From Penicillus capitatus (lineage: Eukaryota > Plantae > Chlorophyta): DNA of 64,000 nt. Location: the NCBI GenBank assembly GCA_965649825.1, contig OZ287705.1, positions 700,990-764,989 of the forward strand. Reading direction: 5' to 3'. Positions 60,801 through 64,000 of this stretch are shown here, piece by piece. Both the position numbers and the translations under genes were made by a program. The notes under the pieces are model-generated. The model did not search any database, had not been told where the DNA came from, and saw nothing but the letters and a program-made list of their open reading frames with translations. Numbering within the stretch: the stretch's first letter is position 1; each line of letters starts with the position of its first letter.

Positions 60801-63800
60801 CGGACCCTTGGTTGGAGCCCGACGGCGGCGTACTCGGGCTGTGGCGCGACCTTTCCGGATTCGACATTTCGGCAGATTGCGGCCCACGGAGGGCCCACCG
60901 TCGGCAGTCTTCGACGCAGACGGGTGCGGGACGCCTCTGGACTCGCCGCGGATGCCGATCACCGGAGGTTCGTTTGGCTCTGGGCGGTGTCGTACTTGGT
61001 TGAAATCGAGGCCGTTACGTCGCATCAGGTGTAACCTGGCCTGTCAGTACGATCTGGAAGTGCACGATGACGCCGGCGACACGGTCCAGCGAGGGCGGGG
61101 ATGTGTCGGCGGGGTCGAGTGGATGCCGGAGGACCCTTGGTTGGAGCCCGACGGGGGCGTCCTCGGGCTGTGGCGCGGCGTTTCCGGATTCGACATTTCG
61201 GCAGACCACGGCCCACGGAGGGCCCACCGTCGGCAGTCTTCGACGCAGACGGGTGCGGGACGCCTCGGGACACGTCGCGGATGCCGATCACCGGAGGTTC
61301 GTTTGGCTTTGGGCGGTGTCGTACTTGGTTGAAATCGAGGCGGTCACGTCGCATCAGGTGTAACCTGGCCTGTCAGTACGATCTGGAAGTGCACGACGAC
61401 GCCGGCGACACGGTCGAGCGAGGGTGGGGATGGGTCGGCGGGGTCGAGTGGATGCCGACGGACCCTTGGTTGGAGCCCGACGGCGGCGTCCTCGGGCTGT
61501 GGCGCGGCCTTTCCGGATTCGACATTTCGGCAGATGACGGCCCACGGAGGGCCCACCGTCGGCAACCTTCGACGCAGTCGGGTGCGGGACGCCTCGGGAC
61601 ACGTCGCAGATGCCAATCGGTGGAGGCTCGTTTGGCTCTGGGCGGTGTCGTACGGAGTTGAAATCGTGGCGGTCACGTCGCATCAGGTGTAACCTGGCCT
61701 GTCAGTACGATCTGGAAGTGCACGACGACGCCGGCGACGCGGTCCAGCGAGGGTGGGGATGTGTCGGCGGGGTCGAGTGGATGCCGACGGACCCTTGGTT
61801 GGAGCCCGACGGCGGCGTCCTCGGGCTGTGGCGCGGCCTTTCCGGATTCGACATTTCGGCAGATGACGGCCGACGGAGGGCCCACCGTCGGCAGTCTTCG
61901 ACGCAGACGGGTGCGGGACGCCTCGGGACACACCGCAGATGCCAATCGGTGGAGGCTCGTTTGGCTCTGGGCGGTGTCGTACGGAGTTGAAATCGAGGCG
62001 GTCACGTCGCATCAGGTGTAACCTGGCCTGTCAGTACGATCTGGAAGTGCACGATGACGCCGGCGACACGGTCCAGCGAGGGCGGGGATGTGTCGGCGGG
62101 GTCGAGTGGATGCCGGCGGACCCTTGGTTGGAGCCCGACGGCGGCGTCCTCGGGCTGTGGCGCGGCGTTTCCGGATTCGACATTTCGGCAGATTGCGGCC
62201 CACGGAGGGCCCACCGTCGGCAGTCTTCGACGCAGACGGGTGCGGGACGCCTCGGGACTCGCCGCGGATGCCAATCGGTGGAGGCTCGTTTGGCTTTGGG
62301 CGGTGTCGTACGGAGTTGAAATCGTGGCCGTTACGTCGCATCAGGTGTAACCTGGCCTGTCAGTACGATCTGGAAGTGCACGACGACGCCGGCGACACGG
62401 TCGAGCGAGGGTGGGGATGTGTCGGCGGGGTCGAGTGGATGCTGTAGGACCCTTGGTTGGAGCCCGACGGCGGCGTCCTCGGGCTGTGGCGCGGCCTTTC
62501 CGGATTCGACATTTCGGCAGACTGCGGCCGACGGCGGGCCCACCGTCGGCAATCTTCGACGCAGACGGGTGCGGGACGCCTCGGGACTCGCCGCGGATGC
62601 CAATCGGTGGAGGCTCGTTTGGCTTTGGGCGGTGTCGTACGGAGTTGAAATCGAGGCCGTTACGTCGCATCAGGTGTAACCTGGCCTGTCAGTGACTCGC
62701 AGAAGTGCACGACGACGCCGGCGACACGGTCGAGCGAGGGTGGGGATGTGTCGGCGGGGTCGAGTGGATGCCGACGGACCCTTGGTTGGAGCCCGACGGC
62801 GGCGTGCTCGGCCTGTGGCGCGGCCTTTCCGGATTCGACATTTCGGCACACTGCGGCCCACGGCGGGCCCACCGTCGGCAGTCTTCGACGCAGACGGGTG
62901 CGGGACGCCTCGGGACTCGCCGCGGATGCCAATCGGTGGAGGTTCGTATGGCTCTGGGCGCTGTCGTACTTGGTTGAAATCGTGGCGGTCACGTCGCATC
63001 AGGTGTAACCTGGCCCGTCAGTACGATCTGGAAGTGCACGACGACGCCGGCGACGCGGTCGAGCGAGGGTGGGGATGTGTCGGCGGGGTCGAGTGGATGC
63101 CGACGGACCCTTGGTTGGAGCCCGACGGCGGCGTGCTCGGCCTGTGGCGCGGCCTTTCCGGATTCGACATTTCGGCACACTACGGCCGACGGCGGGCCCG
63201 CCGTCGGCAATCTTCGACGCAGACGGGTGCGGGACGCCTCGGGACTCGCCGCGGATGCCAATCGGTGGAGGTTCGTATGGCTCTGGGCGCTGTCGTACTT
63301 GGTTGAAATCGTGGCGGTTACGTCGCATCAGGTGTAACCTGGCCTGTCAGTACGATCTGGAAGTGCACGATGACGCCGGCGACACGGTCGAGCGAGGGTG
63401 GGGATGGGTCGGCGGGGTCGAGTGGATGCCGACGGACCCTTGGTTGGAGCCCGACGGCGGCGTCCTCGGGCTGTGGCGCGGCCTTTCCGGATTCGACATT
63501 TCGGCAGACTACGGCCCACGGCGGGCCCACCGTCGGCAGTCTTCGACGCAGACGGGTGCGGGACGCCTCGGGACTCGCCGCGGATGCCAATCGGTGGAGG
63601 TTCGTATGGCTCTGGGCGCTGTCGTACTTGGTTGAAATCGTGGCCGTTACGTCGCATCAGGTGTAACCTGGCCTGTCAGTACGATCTGGAAGTGCACGAT
63701 GACGCCGGCGACACGGTCGAGCGAGGGTGGGGATGGGTCGGCGGGGTCGAGTGGATGCCGACGGACCCTCGGTTGGAGCCCGACGGCGGCGTCCTCGGGC

Positions 63801-64000
63801 TGTGGCGCGGCCTTTCCGGATTCGACATTTCGGCACACTACGGCCCACGGCGGGCCCACCGTCGGCAATCTTCGACGCAGACGGGTGCGGGACGCCTCGG
63901 GACTCGCCGCGGATGCCAATCGGTGGAGGTTCGTATGGCTCTGGGCGGTGTCGCACTTGGTTGAAATCGAGGCGGTCACGTCGCATCAGGTGTAACCTGG
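54785..64000. repeat. 329-bp GC-rich tandem satellite: 27 full monomers (55103-63986) plus one degenerate edge unit; continues past the window end
   Basis: The anchor CATCAGGTGTAACCTG recurs every 329 nt with no indels. One monomer counted by hand is about 66% GC with a G-rich plus strand. Confidence 0.98.

Noticed and set aside
55121-63995. Plus-strand 60-200 aa ORFs within the satellite
   Set aside because: They shift frame every unit, are broken by stops in some units, and resemble no protein; they are expected in GC-rich repeats.
55103-64000. Satellite as a CRISPR array, 5S rDNA or tRNA array
   Set aside because: Whole monomers are near-identical with no unique spacers, there is no match to remembered 5S sequence, and CCGGATTCGACATTTCGG only mimics a T-loop without acceptor, D or anticodon arms.

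Overview
This window is from a very compact, intron-rich nuclear genome of a green alga (Chlorophyta-like; standard genetic code; short GT-AG introns, mostly about 40-65 nt). Positions 1-54.8 kb hold about 30 tightly packed genes: GYF protein, CAO-like, LSM1, MAK16, HOP2, GRAM-like, RAD18, UBL-SAYSvFN, SRR1, GH1, DnaJ, ARM, IspE, mL41, USP, TAF11, ankyrin, EXD3-like, G-patch, KOBITO1-like, GrpE, a beta-helix membrane protein, a beta-propeller lectin-like protein, a frameshifted MGMT, COA3-like, rhodanese and Vma12, plus a decayed Ty3/Gypsy integrase. Positions 54.8-64 kb are a GC-rich satellite of exact 329-bp monomers (27 full units) that runs off the window end. Four signals stand out. (1) An operon-like chain mL41 -> IspE -> ORF3 is joined by two consecutive TGATG stop/start overlaps, and the spliced mL41 CDS has no internal ATG; several other head-to-tail pairs are only 12-25 nt apart, suggesting polycistronic or coupled translation. 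(2) The CAO homolog keeps its Rieske cluster but has lost both mononuclear-iron His ligands. (3) The satellite has a perfect 18-bp palindrome at its edge, a polymorphic G-quadruplex motif, mosaic higher-order structure and 27 TGATG-chained 109-codon ORFs. (4) MGMT is frameshifted by a 4-nt duplication. Exon boundaries were inferred by eye, and gene names come from recognised motifs, not database searches.
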